From: an uncultured Gammaproteobacteria bacterium
Lineage (GTDB): Bacteria; Pseudomonadota; Gammaproteobacteria; Steroidobacterales; GCA-2729495
NCBI GenBank assembly: GCA_937958785.1
Contig: CALGMY010000141.1
Span: forward strand, 1 to 54,764
Direction: 5' to 3'
Length of the DNA stretch: 54,764 nt
A program made the translations under genes and the position numbers. Numbering within the stretch: position 1 is the stretch's first letter; each line of letters starts with the position of its first letter. Below, one piece after another: positions 25,007 to 32,850 of the stretch. The notes beneath the pieces were generated by a model. It ran no database searches. It saw nothing but the letters and a program-made list of their open reading frames with translations, and was not told the DNA's origin.

Positions 25007-26161
25007 CTATCGACGCCGGCGCCGCGGCTGCGGCCCGCTCGCAAGCTTCTCGTCCACGGTCACGACCGGCCGCTCGGGCCAGATGCCACCCTGCTCACGC
25101 ACCACCTTCAGCCGGTAGACATAGGTGAGCACCTGGGCGACGGCCAGGTAGAGCTGGGACGGGATCTCCTGGTTGAGGTCGGTGGTCCAGTAGAGCGCCC
25201 GCGCCAGCAGGGGTGACTCGAACAGGGTGACCTTGTTCTCGGTGGCGACCGCGCGGATACGGGCCGCGACCTCGTCGGCGCCCTTGGCGAGCACGACCGG
25301 GGCGCGCATCCGGGCCTCGTCGTAGCGGAGCGCCACGGCGAAGTGCGTCGGGTTGGTCACCACCACGTCGGCGGTGGGTACGGCCTCGAGCATGCGCCGG
25401 CGGGCGACTTCCTGCTGCATCTGGCGGACCCGGCTGCGGATCTCCGGGTTACCCTCCGACTCCTTCAGCTCGTCCTCGACTTCCTTGCGGGTCATGCGCA
25501 GCTGCCGGGCGTGGGACCAGAGCTGGAACGGGGCGTCTACCGCCGCGATGAGCAGCAATGCCCCCGCGCAGATACCGAGCGTGAGCAGGGTGAGGGTCAT
25601 CGAGTCGCCGATGGCCGCGATGAGTGGCTGGTCGCTGAGGCCGAGCAGCCGGTCCATGCTGCCGTAGAGCAGGGCCACCGCCGCAATGACGATGAACCCC
25701 GCCTTGGCGACCGCCTTCAGCACCTCGACCAGGCCGTTGACGCTGAAGATCCGGCCGAGCCCGGCCACCGGGTCGAGCCGCTCGGGCTTGAAGGCCAGCG
25801 GGGCGGGCGTGAAGATCCAGCCCCCGATCGCGATGGTGCCGAGGAATGCCGCCACCACCAGTCCGGTGAAGAGCGGTGCACAGGCGGCGAGCACGGTGAG
25901 CACGGCATCGGCCAGCGCGCCGGTGAGATAGCCCGGGTCGTCCAGGGCCGGGGGCGAGAGCCGGAACGACCGGATCATCATCTCCCGCAGGCTGGTGCCG
26001 AGCTGGTTCCCGTTCGAGTAGAGGACGAGGGCGCCGGTCATCAGCACCGCCGCCATGGAGAGCTCCCGCGACCGCGGGATCTGGCCCTTGCGGCGCGCCT
26101 CCTCCAGGCGCTTCGGTGTGGCCTGTTCGGTACGTTCGTCCTGGCGCGTCGTCTCGGCCAT
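25007..26161 (-). CDS. flhB: Flagellar export switch protein FlhB
   Basis: 384 aa. N-terminus TEQATPKRLEEARRKGQIPRS; NPTH autocleavage site (VVTNPTHFAVAL). Confidence 0.97.
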   Translation of the reverse strand: MAETTRQDERTEQATPKRLEEARRKGQIPRSRELSMAAVLMTGALVLYSNGNQLGTSLREMMIRSFRLSPPALDDPGYLTGALADAVLTVLAACAPLFTGLVVAAFLGTIAIGGWIFTPAPLAFKPERLDPVAGLGRIFSVNGLVEVLKAVAKAGFIVIAAVALLYGSMDRLLGLSDQPLIAAIGDSMTLTLLTLGICAGALLLIAAVDAPFQLWSHARQLRMTRKEVEDELKESEGNPEIRSRVRQMQQEVARRRMLEAVPTADVVVTNPTHFAVALRYDEARMRAPVVLAKGADEVAARIRAVATENKVTLFESPLLARALYWTTDLNQEIPSQLYLAVAQVLTYVYRLKVVREQGGIWPERPVVTVDEKLASGPQPRRRRR

Positions 26162-26162
26162 G

Positions 26163-26933
26163 TCAGCTCCCGAGGATCCGCGCCAGCAATTCGAACGCGT
26201 CGCCCATCTGCGCCTGCCACACGGGGCCCTGGGTGCGGATGGACAGCACGAGGATGAGCAGGCCCAGCATGATCGTGATCGGGAAGCCGACTGCGAACAG
26301 GTTCAGGGTCGGCGCCGCACGGCTGATCACGCCGAACGCCACGTTGACCATCAGGATGGCGATCACCGAGGGTAGCGCGAGCTGCAGGGCGCCGGCGAAC
26401 ATGGCGGCGCCGAAGTCGGCGATGACACGGGCATCGGAGGCATCGATGCCGCCCGTGCCGAGGGGCACGGCGGCGAAGCTCTGGGCGAGGAGCGCGATCA
26501 GCGAGAGGTGGGCGTTGGTGGCGAGCAGCAGCAGCGACGCGACGACGATGTAGAAACGGCCGAGCAGCGGCATGCCGCCGTTCTGGGGGTCGACCACCGT
26601 CGCGAACGACAGGCCCATCCCGGTTGAGATCAGCTGGCCGGCCAGCAGGGCCGACTCGGTCGCCAGGCGCAACACGAAGCCGATGGCGAGTCCGACGATG
26701 AGTTCCTGGGTGATGGCGACCAGTCCCGCGCCGCTCAGCGGGTCCAGGGCCGGCGGTGGCCCCGCCGAAGGCAGCAGGGCGAGGGAGAGCACCAGGGCCA
26801 TGGCCAGCCGGAGCCGGCGCGGCACGTACATGGCACCCAGCAGGGGCGCCAGCATCACGACGCCACCCACGCGGAGGCAGGTCCACAGGATCGCGAACAG
26901 GCCGTCGGCGAGCTGTGCGGTCGTCGCGATCAT
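26163..26933 (-). CDS. fliR: Flagellar export apparatus protein FliR
   Basis: 256-aa polytopic membrane protein between fliQ and flhB. FliR-like AFGVISRAAPTLNLFAVGFPI. Confidence 0.93.
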   Translation of the reverse strand: MIATTAQLADGLFAILWTCLRVGGVVMLAPLLGAMYVPRRLRLAMALVLSLALLPSAGPPPALDPLSGAGLVAITQELIVGLAIGFVLRLATESALLAGQLISTGMGLSFATVVDPQNGGMPLLGRFYIVVASLLLLATNAHLSLIALLAQSFAAVPLGTGGIDASDARVIADFGAAMFAGALQLALPSVIAILMVNVAFGVISRAAPTLNLFAVGFPITIMLGLLILVLSIRTQGPVWQAQMGDAFELLARILGS

Positions 26934-26934
26934 G

Positions 26935-27204
26935 TCAGCCGAGCATCCCGGGGATGCTGGTGAACAGGGTCCGGGTGTAGCCGATGATCAGCTGGAGCAT
27001 CCAGGGGCCCGTGATCAGCAGGGTGAGCACGAGGGCGAGCAGCTTGGGGATGAACGACAGCGTCATCTCGTTGATCTGGGTGGCCGCCTGCAGAACCCCC
27101 ACCAGCACGCCGGTCACCAGGGTGACGAGCAGCAGGGGTGCGGACAGCAGGGCCGTGAGCGTCAGCGACTCGCTGGCGATGGTCAGTACCGACTCGGGGG
27201 TCAT
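26935..27204 (-). CDS. fliQ: Flagellar export apparatus protein FliQ
   Basis: 89 aa. VGVLQAATQINEMTLSFIPKL motif. Confidence 0.95.
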   Translation of the reverse strand: MTPESVLTIASESLTLTALLSAPLLLVTLVTGVLVGVLQAATQINEMTLSFIPKLLALVLTLLITGPWMLQLIIGYTRTLFTSIPGMLG

Positions 27205-27214
27205 GGAGCGTTCC

Positions 27215-27982
27215 TCAGGCCTGCGGCACGAAGCTGGTGGCGAGCGTGCCGACGATGAGCCCCCACCCGTCGACGAGCACGAACAGCATGATCTTGAAGG
27301 GCAAGGAGATGAGCATGGGAGAGAGCATCATCATGCCCATGGACATCAGCACGCTGGAGACGACCAGGTCGATCACGAGGAACGGGATGAAGGTCAGGAA
27401 GCCGATCTGGAACGCGGTCTTCAGCTCGCTGGTCAGGAAGCTCGGCAGCAGCACCGACAGCGGCACGTCCTCGGGCTTCTCGAAGCCCTCCTTGCCGGCC
27501 AGGCCCGCGAACAGCGCCAGGTCGGGTTCCCGGGTCTGGCTCAGCATGAATTCACGCATCGGCCCCTGGGCCTTGTCGGCGGCATCGACGAGTTCGATCG
27601 TGCCGGCGAGGTACGGCTGCAGGGCGTCCTGGTTCACGCGTTCCAGCACCGGCGCCATGATGAAGAAGGTCAGGAAGAGCGCGAGGCCGACCAGTACCTG
27701 GTTCGGCGGGGTCTGGGGCATGCCGATGGCCTGCCGGAGGATTGCCAGCACGATCACGATGCGGGTGAATGAGGTCGCCGCCAGCAGCAGCGATGGCAGC
27801 AGCGTCAGCGCCGTCATCAGCAGCAGGATCTGGATGCTCACCGACCAGGTCTTGCTGCCCTCCGCGTTGTCCACCAGGGAGAGGGCCGGGATCGCCGGCG
27901 CCGCTGCCTCGCTCAGCACGGGGGCCAGCATCAGCAGCAGGAAGCAGCCTTGTCGGGCGAGGTGGGCGATGCGGGGGCTCAT
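27215..27982 (-). CDS. fliP: Flagellar export apparatus protein FliP
   Basis: 255 aa, with a signal peptide. TSFTRIVIVLAILRQAIG, PPNQVLVGLALFLTFFIM, FLIPFLVIDLVV-like motifs. Confidence 0.96.
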   Translation of the reverse strand: MSPRIAHLARQGCFLLLMLAPVLSEAAAPAIPALSLVDNAEGSKTWSVSIQILLLMTALTLLPSLLLAATSFTRIVIVLAILRQAIGMPQTPPNQVLVGLALFLTFFIMAPVLERVNQDALQPYLAGTIELVDAADKAQGPMREFMLSQTREPDLALFAGLAGKEGFEKPEDVPLSVLLPSFLTSELKTAFQIGFLTFIPFLVIDLVVSSVLMSMGMMMLSPMLISLPFKIMLFVLVDGWGLIVGTLATSFVPQA

Positions 27983-28404
27983 GGGGTCCTGTCCAGGTAG
28001 TTGGCGAAGTCGCGGCCCGCGCCGTCGCCGGGCGCGTCGCCGCTGCTGTTGAGTACGTGGAGCGTGCGCATGCCGGAGGGGCTCACGCCCACCAGCACCT
28101 GGTCACCACCGACGCGGATGAGCACCACCCGTTCGCGTGCGCCCAGGGAGAGGCCGCTGACGACCTCGATCAGGCCCCCGCGCATGCCGGCGCCGAGCCG
28201 GAAGCGGCGCGAGGCCCACGCCGCCGCGCCAAGCAGTGCCAGCACGACGGCGAGGCCGAGCACCATGCGGATGGCGGCGGACGTCAGGTCCGCGGCGGGC
28301 AGTCCGCCCGTCGCGACACTGGCCGGCGCGCCCGCCAGCGCGGGGCCGGCGAGGAGCAGGAGGGTCGGGACCAGCGCGAGGCGCATCACGGGGGCTCGAG
28401 TCAC
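27979..28404 (-). CDS. fliO: Flagellar biosynthesis protein FliO
   Basis: 141 aa. GTG start overlapping the fliN stop (alternative ATG at 28386). Single TM and a conserved LSLGARERVVLIRVGGDQVLVGVS core. Confidence 0.85.
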   Translation of the reverse strand: MTRAPVMRLALVPTLLLLAGPALAGAPASVATGGLPAADLTSAAIRMVLGLAVVLALLGAAAWASRRFRLGAGMRGGLIEVVSGLSLGARERVVLIRVGGDQVLVGVSPSGMRTLHVLNSSGDAPGDGAGRDFANYLDRTP

Positions 28405-28766
28405 GGTGCCGGGGCGCGCTTGGCAGGCGGCACCACGTCGGTGAGGCGGATGCCGAACTTGTCGTTGATGATCACGATCTCCCCATGGGCGACCAGCGCA
28501 CCGTTGACCAGCACGTCCAGGGGTTCCCCGGCATTGCGGTCGAGCTCGACCACCGAGCCCTGGGAGAGCCGCAGCAGCTTGCCGACGCTCATCTGGGCGC
28601 GGCCGACCTCGAGGGAGAGCGTGACGGGGACATCGAGGATGACGTCGATGTTCGCGCGCAGCTCGCCGCCCACGGGGCTGCCGGCCACGCCGGCGTCATC
28701 GAGTGCAGGGGCCTTGAAGGCCTGCGCCGCGCCGGCGCCGGCTTCAGGAGTTTTCGCCTCGTCCAT
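28401..28766 (-). CDS. fliN: Flagellar switch protein FliN
   Basis: SpoA domain: VPVTLSLEVGRAQMSVGKLLRLSQGSVVELDRNAGEPLDVLVNG. Confidence 0.95.
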   Translation of the reverse strand: MDEAKTPEAGAGAAQAFKAPALDDAGVAGSPVGGELRANIDVILDVPVTLSLEVGRAQMSVGKLLRLSQGSVVELDRNAGEPLDVLVNGALVAHGEIVIINDKFGIRLTDVVPPAKRAPAP

Positions 28767-29745
28767 ACTTCTCTCCTACGGTGATTCGGTTGGCGGGCTT
28801 GGTGACCCGCACGGCATTCCGGCCCTGGTACACGCCGAAGGTGCCTTCCACGAGCGGCGTGTCGCCGGCGTAGAGCAGCACCGAGGGCAGCAGGTCGGTC
28901 GGGATGATGTCGCCAGGCTTGGCCTCGGTGAGGTCCCGCAGGCTGATCTCGGTGCGCGCGACGACGGCGCGCAGTGACACCCGGGCGTCCTGCACGTCGT
29001 TCTTGAGCCGGGTCGACCAGCGCTGGGTCTCCTCCGCGGCCTGGCCTGCCTGGCCCGCGTCGCGCAGCTGGCGGATCGGCTCCATGAGTGATTCGGGCAG
29101 CACGACCTCGAAGCGGAAGTCGCGGCCGGCGAGGGTGAGCTCGAAGCCGGTGATGGCCATGGGGTCCGAGCCGGCTGCCACCGCCGCGAAGATGGGGTTG
29201 ACCTCGGAGGCCCCGAGCTGGAAGTCGACCGCCAGGAAGGGCTTCCAGGCCTCGCGCATGTCCTGGAGGATGCTGGCGACGAACTTGCGGACGAGTCTCA
29301 CCTCCATCGGGGTGAACTCGGCAGTGGCCTCGAGGCGCGTACCCTTGCCGTCGCCGCCGAAGAAGATGTCGACCAGTGTGAATACGAAGTCGGAGTCGAG
29401 CGTGACCACGCCCTTGCAGCCATGGGACCGGATGTCGATCACGTTGAGGCTGCTCGGCACCGGCATCCGCCGGGAATGCAGCCCCCAGCGTTCCGCGCGC
29501 CACGGGCGCGGGGTGACTTCCACCGACTGGCGGAAGAACTTGCGCGCGGTGAGCTTCAGCAGGCTGGTCAGCCGCTCGGAGATGGACTCGAGGGCGGGGA
29601 CCTTGTCGGACGCGATGCGCTCCCAGTGGTCGGCGTGCAGGTCGAGCACGTGGCCAGTGGGGGCGGGGCCCTGCGGGTCCGCCGGATCGGCCGGCGCGCG
29701 CAGTGCCTGCGATTCCTCGTCCGACAGGATGTCCTGGGTGGTCAT
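28744..29745 (-). CDS. fliM: Flagellar switch protein FliM
   Basis: 333 aa. N-terminal LSDEESQAL CheY-P-binding-type motif, FliM middle domain and a C-terminal SpoA-like domain. Confidence 0.95.
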   Translation of the reverse strand: MTTQDILSDEESQALRAPADPADPQGPAPTGHVLDLHADHWERIASDKVPALESISERLTSLLKLTARKFFRQSVEVTPRPWRAERWGLHSRRMPVPSSLNVIDIRSHGCKGVVTLDSDFVFTLVDIFFGGDGKGTRLEATAEFTPMEVRLVRKFVASILQDMREAWKPFLAVDFQLGASEVNPIFAAVAAGSDPMAITGFELTLAGRDFRFEVVLPESLMEPIRQLRDAGQAGQAAEETQRWSTRLKNDVQDARVSLRAVVARTEISLRDLTEAKPGDIIPTDLLPSVLLYAGDTPLVEGTFGVYQGRNAVRVTKPANRITVGEKYGRGENS

Positions 29746-29760
29746 CGGGGAATCCCGTGG

Positions 29761-30336
29761 TTACTGGACGACGAAGCTGGTGAAGTAGAGGTCCTCGACC
29801 ACGCCGGGATGCTCCGGATCGGCCTTCGGCATCGGGTTCTTCTTCAGGATCTCCTGCACCTCGGCGAGGGCAGCCTGGCGGATCTTCTCCTTCTCCTCCC
29901 GGTTGGTGAGCGACGGGATGGGCTGCCCACCGAGGAGCATGAGCAGGTTGTTGCGGATGACGGGCATGTGGTTCTTCAGCGCGTCGATCACGTGCTGGTC
30001 CCGGGACATGAGCTCGACCGTGACCTGCAGGAAGCGGATGCTGCCCTGGTCCTCGAGGCTGACCACGAGCGGCGGGTCCATCGGCAGGTACAGCGGCGGA
30101 CCCGTCGGGGCTTCCGGTACCGGCTTGCCGTCCTCGCCGACCTTCACCTCGGGCGCGGGGCAGTTGGGGGTGACCGAGTTCAGCACCTTGCAGCCGATGA
30201 TCGGGGCCGCGAGCTGGGTGGTGAGCAGCATGATGAACAGGCCGATGACGGTGCCCACCGCCTTGAGCAGGCTGCCGCTCCTGGCGGCGGCGGCGGGGGC
30301 GGCTTCGGCGGGGGCGGCGGTCTCTTCAGTGGCCAT
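29761..30336 (-). CDS. fliL: Flagellar basal-body-associated protein FliL
   Basis: 191 aa. Single TM after an Ala/Pro-rich N-terminus. FLQVTVELMSRD and NREEKEKIRQAAL are FliL-like. First gene of the fliL-to-DUF2802 array. Confidence 0.9.
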   Translation of the reverse strand: MATEETAAPAEAAPAAAARSGSLLKAVGTVIGLFIMLLTTQLAAPIIGCKVLNSVTPNCPAPEVKVGEDGKPVPEAPTGPPLYLPMDPPLVVSLEDQGSIRFLQVTVELMSRDQHVIDALKNHMPVIRNNLLMLLGGQPIPSLTNREEKEKIRQAALAEVQEILKKNPMPKADPEHPGVVEDLYFTSFVVQ

Positions 30337-30370
30337 GAGTGTCTGTCCGTGGGAGTCCCGGACAGCTTCA

Positions 30371-30387
30371 AAGCAAGAGACGTGCCA
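30371..30387 (-). promoter_or_regulatory. Sigma-54 (-24/-12) promoter upstream of fliL
   Basis: Minus strand reads TGGCACGTCTCTTGCTT, matching TGGCACG-N4-TTGCW. The -12 element lies about 37 nt upstream of the fliL ATG. Confidence 0.8.
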
Positions 30388-30510
30388 GCGGCGGCCGCTG
30401 GATAAAAAGCTTATGAATCAGCTATCTGTGGCCGCCCACCGGGGCCAGGCGGCCGCCGGCCGCCAAACGGCTGGCGGGCGGCCCACGGCCGCCAACCGAT
30501 TGGCCGACCT

Positions 30511-32712
30511 TCAGGGCGTGACGGGCAGGGCCGGACTCGGCGGCGGCGGCACGAGCACCGGGTCGAAGTCGGGGAGGGCGCCGATCGCGCCGTTGTCGAG
30601 CCCCGTCGCCGGGTCCCCAGCGCCGGGGATGACGCCGGCCATCCAGTCGGCGAGGTACTGGGCGAAGTCCCAGCGGGCCCCTTCCGCGTCCATCGAGTGC
30701 GCCGGCAGGCCCCGGTTGGGATCCCGCGGGCCGCCGTTCGGGTACAGGCTCGCGTACGGCGGCTGGTGGTAGGTCACGTCCGTGCCGGCCGTGAGCAGCG
30801 TGGCGTAGAGCCGGTCGGACCACTGCACGGGCGTCGCGGAGTCGCCTTCCGCATGGACGATGAGATAGGGCGTCACCAGTTTCCGGGCTTCCCGCTCGAC
30901 CACGGCCAGCGTGTCGGGGCCGTAATAGCTCAGGACACTGCGGGGCGTGACCAGCACGGACGCGCTCAGCAGCCCGCCGTTGCCCAGGGTGACGCCGGCG
31001 AGGAACTCGTAGGGGATGTCGCCCCGGCCCGCGTCGATCTCCACCTGCGCCTGGGCCAGCGCGCAGGGGTAGAGCAGGGGACCGCAGTTCAGTCCGGGGA
31101 AGACTTCTTCCTCGAGGGACGGACCGGCGAAGGGCGCGGCCGTGGCGCCTTCCCGGTTGTCGGCGATGGTGCCGACCGACACGACACCCGCCACCCGCGG
31201 GTCGTTGGCCGCGGTGCTGCCTGCCACATCGGGGCCGCAACGCCTGAAGTTGCCCGGGTACACCGGCACGAAGCTCGTGCCCTTGCTGTGGCCGAGCAGC
31301 ACCACGCCCTCGTAGCCCAGGGTGTCCACGAGGTACTCCACGCCACTCTTGAGGTCGCACATCGCGTCGGGGTACAGGGTGTTGCCGCCGCCCTCGTTCG
31401 CGCCGTAGTCGGTGCTGTCGCGCCGGTTCAGGACCAGGGTGGTGATCCCGTGGGGTTCCAGCCACCAGCCAAGCCAGCCGACGAGACCGCGGTCGTAGCC
31501 GCCGAAGGTGCCGTGGGTGGCGAGTACCGCGACCTTGCGGGTGGCGCCGGCGGGCACGAACAGCGAACCATCCAGCTCCGTGCGGGGCGCAGCACCCCAG
31601 GGCGTGAAGCTGCCGTTCCACACGGGCAGCGCCACCTTCTTGACCCGCATGCCGGTGTTGGCCGTGGTCTCGCAGGCCATCGCGGTGTCGAGGCCGATGC
31701 CACCGTCGCAGGTGTCCCGGCCCTCGTCGCCGTTCACCATGTCGTTGCCGAGGCCGGCCCGGACGAAGTCGTTGCCGAACCCGCCGATGATCGTGTCGTC
31801 GCCGGGGCCGCCGTCGATGAAGTCGTGCCCGTTGCCCGCGCTGATCATGTCGTTGCCGGGACCGCCGCAGATGGTGTCGTTGCCGCTGGCGCCCGTGATG
31901 GTGTCGTTGCCGCCGAGGCCGACGATCACGTCGGGCAGCTTGGTCCCGCGCAGGTTGTCCGCCTCCGGAGTGCCGACGATTGTGGCGAGCTTGCCGTTGC
32001 AGGTCTCGGTGATGACCTGGGCCTCCCCCGGGTTCGCGGCGAGCAGGGCCAGGGCGCCGGCTGCGGCGGGTGCCGCGGCCCGCAGGCGGCGGCGCAGCAG
32101 TCCGACGCCGGCCAGTGCCCAGCCGAGCAGCCAGCCCGCGGCCGGCGCCGGCACCACGGCAACCCCGTCGCCACTCACGTCCACCGCCCAGAAGGACGTC
32201 CGGGACTCGGCGCTGACGTCGCAGAACTGGCCGGCGCTGCAGCCGAAGACGCTGGTGAAGTCCGCCCCGGACTTGCTGAAGCCGGCGGCGAGGTCGGGCC
32301 CCAGCGGTTCGTTGTTGAACTGGGTGATGGCGACGAGGTAGTTCCCCGCCGCGAGTTCCGTCACCACGTTCACGTCGAAGCAGTCGTTGGTGAGCGGGTC
32401 GTTGGGCACGCTATTGCATTCGGGAGTGGCGTCGTCCTGGGTGAGCAGCAGGAGGCCTGCCGCGTCGAACAGCGCGATGCCCGGGTCGAAGCCGCCGGCC
32501 GGGACGGCGGCCCCGGCGCCGTTGGTGCCACCCGCATAGGAGAAGCTCCGCAGCGTCACCGTGCCGGCCGCGGTCACGACGAAGCCGAACGTGGCGACGT
32601 CGTCATCCCGGGTGAGGTTGCCGGTGAAGCTCAGGGTGGCGGCACCGGCGGTGGCCGTGAAGCCGAGGAGGCCCGTGAGGGCGAGCGCGGCCGGAAACGT
32701 GGTGAAGCGCAT
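30511..32712 (-). CDS. Chimeric secreted/membrane protein: signal peptide, DVUA0089-like domain, internal PEP-CTERM-like anchor, RTX Ca-binding repeats, alpha/beta serine hydrolase
   Basis: ATG at 32712 (MRFTTFPAALALTGLLGFTATAGA) after GGGGGA. GGFDPGIALFD and NYLVAITQFNN. VPAPAAGWLLGWALAGVGLLRRRLR lies mid-protein. GLGGNDTITGASGNDTICGGPGNDMISAGNGHDFIDGGPGDDTIIGGFGND. GHSKG nucleophile elbow. Confidence 0.7.
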   Translation of the reverse strand: MRFTTFPAALALTGLLGFTATAGAATLSFTGNLTRDDDVATFGFVVTAAGTVTLRSFSYAGGTNGAGAAVPAGGFDPGIALFDAAGLLLLTQDDATPECNSVPNDPLTNDCFDVNVVTELAAGNYLVAITQFNNEPLGPDLAAGFSKSGADFTSVFGCSAGQFCDVSAESRTSFWAVDVSGDGVAVVPAPAAGWLLGWALAGVGLLRRRLRAAAPAAAGALALLAANPGEAQVITETCNGKLATIVGTPEADNLRGTKLPDVIVGLGGNDTITGASGNDTICGGPGNDMISAGNGHDFIDGGPGDDTIIGGFGNDFVRAGLGNDMVNGDEGRDTCDGGIGLDTAMACETTANTGMRVKKVALPVWNGSFTPWGAAPRTELDGSLFVPAGATRKVAVLATHGTFGGYDRGLVGWLGWWLEPHGITTLVLNRRDSTDYGANEGGGNTLYPDAMCDLKSGVEYLVDTLGYEGVVLLGHSKGTSFVPVYPGNFRRCGPDVAGSTAANDPRVAGVVSVGTIADNREGATAAPFAGPSLEEEVFPGLNCGPLLYPCALAQAQVEIDAGRGDIPYEFLAGVTLGNGGLLSASVLVTPRSVLSYYGPDTLAVVEREARKLVTPYLIVHAEGDSATPVQWSDRLYATLLTAGTDVTYHQPPYASLYPNGGPRDPNRGLPAHSMDAEGARWDFAQYLADWMAGVIPGAGDPATGLDNGAIGALPDFDPVLVPPPPSPALPVTP

Positions 32713-32798
32713 GGTGGGTCCCCCAGGCAGTCTCCGGGCGGGACTGCCGCCGGACTGCCGATCGTTGTTCTGGTTTGATCGCCCGAGCTTAACCAAGC

Positions 32799-32836
32799 CG
32801 CCGCGGAGCCGCCATGGCATCCCCGGCTCCGCGGCG
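32799..32836 (-). terminator. Terminator-like hairpin downstream of fliK
   Basis: cgccgcggagccg / cggctccgcggcg form a 13-bp perfect stem with a 12-nt loop, starting 15 nt after the fliK stop. The trailing sequence CTTGGTTAAGCT is only moderately T-rich. Confidence 0.5.
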
Positions 32837-32850
32837 CCTTATGTCGAGAC

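Noticed and set aside
30428-30500. Clustered GGCCGCC-type repeats considered as a mini CRISPR or other array
   Set aside because: The units are about 10 bp, irregularly spaced and low-complexity GC sequence. There are no 25-40 bp repeats with unique spacers and no cas genes.
31926-32174. Alternative-frame 82-aa ORF, or an internal start that could split the 733-aa chimeric ORF into two genes
   Set aside because: The alternative frame is Arg/Pro/Cys-rich and non-protein-like. Codon-by-codon reading of the main frame across the PEP-CTERM-like / RTX junction shows no ATG, GTG or TTG, so the sequence as given supports one continuous ORF.
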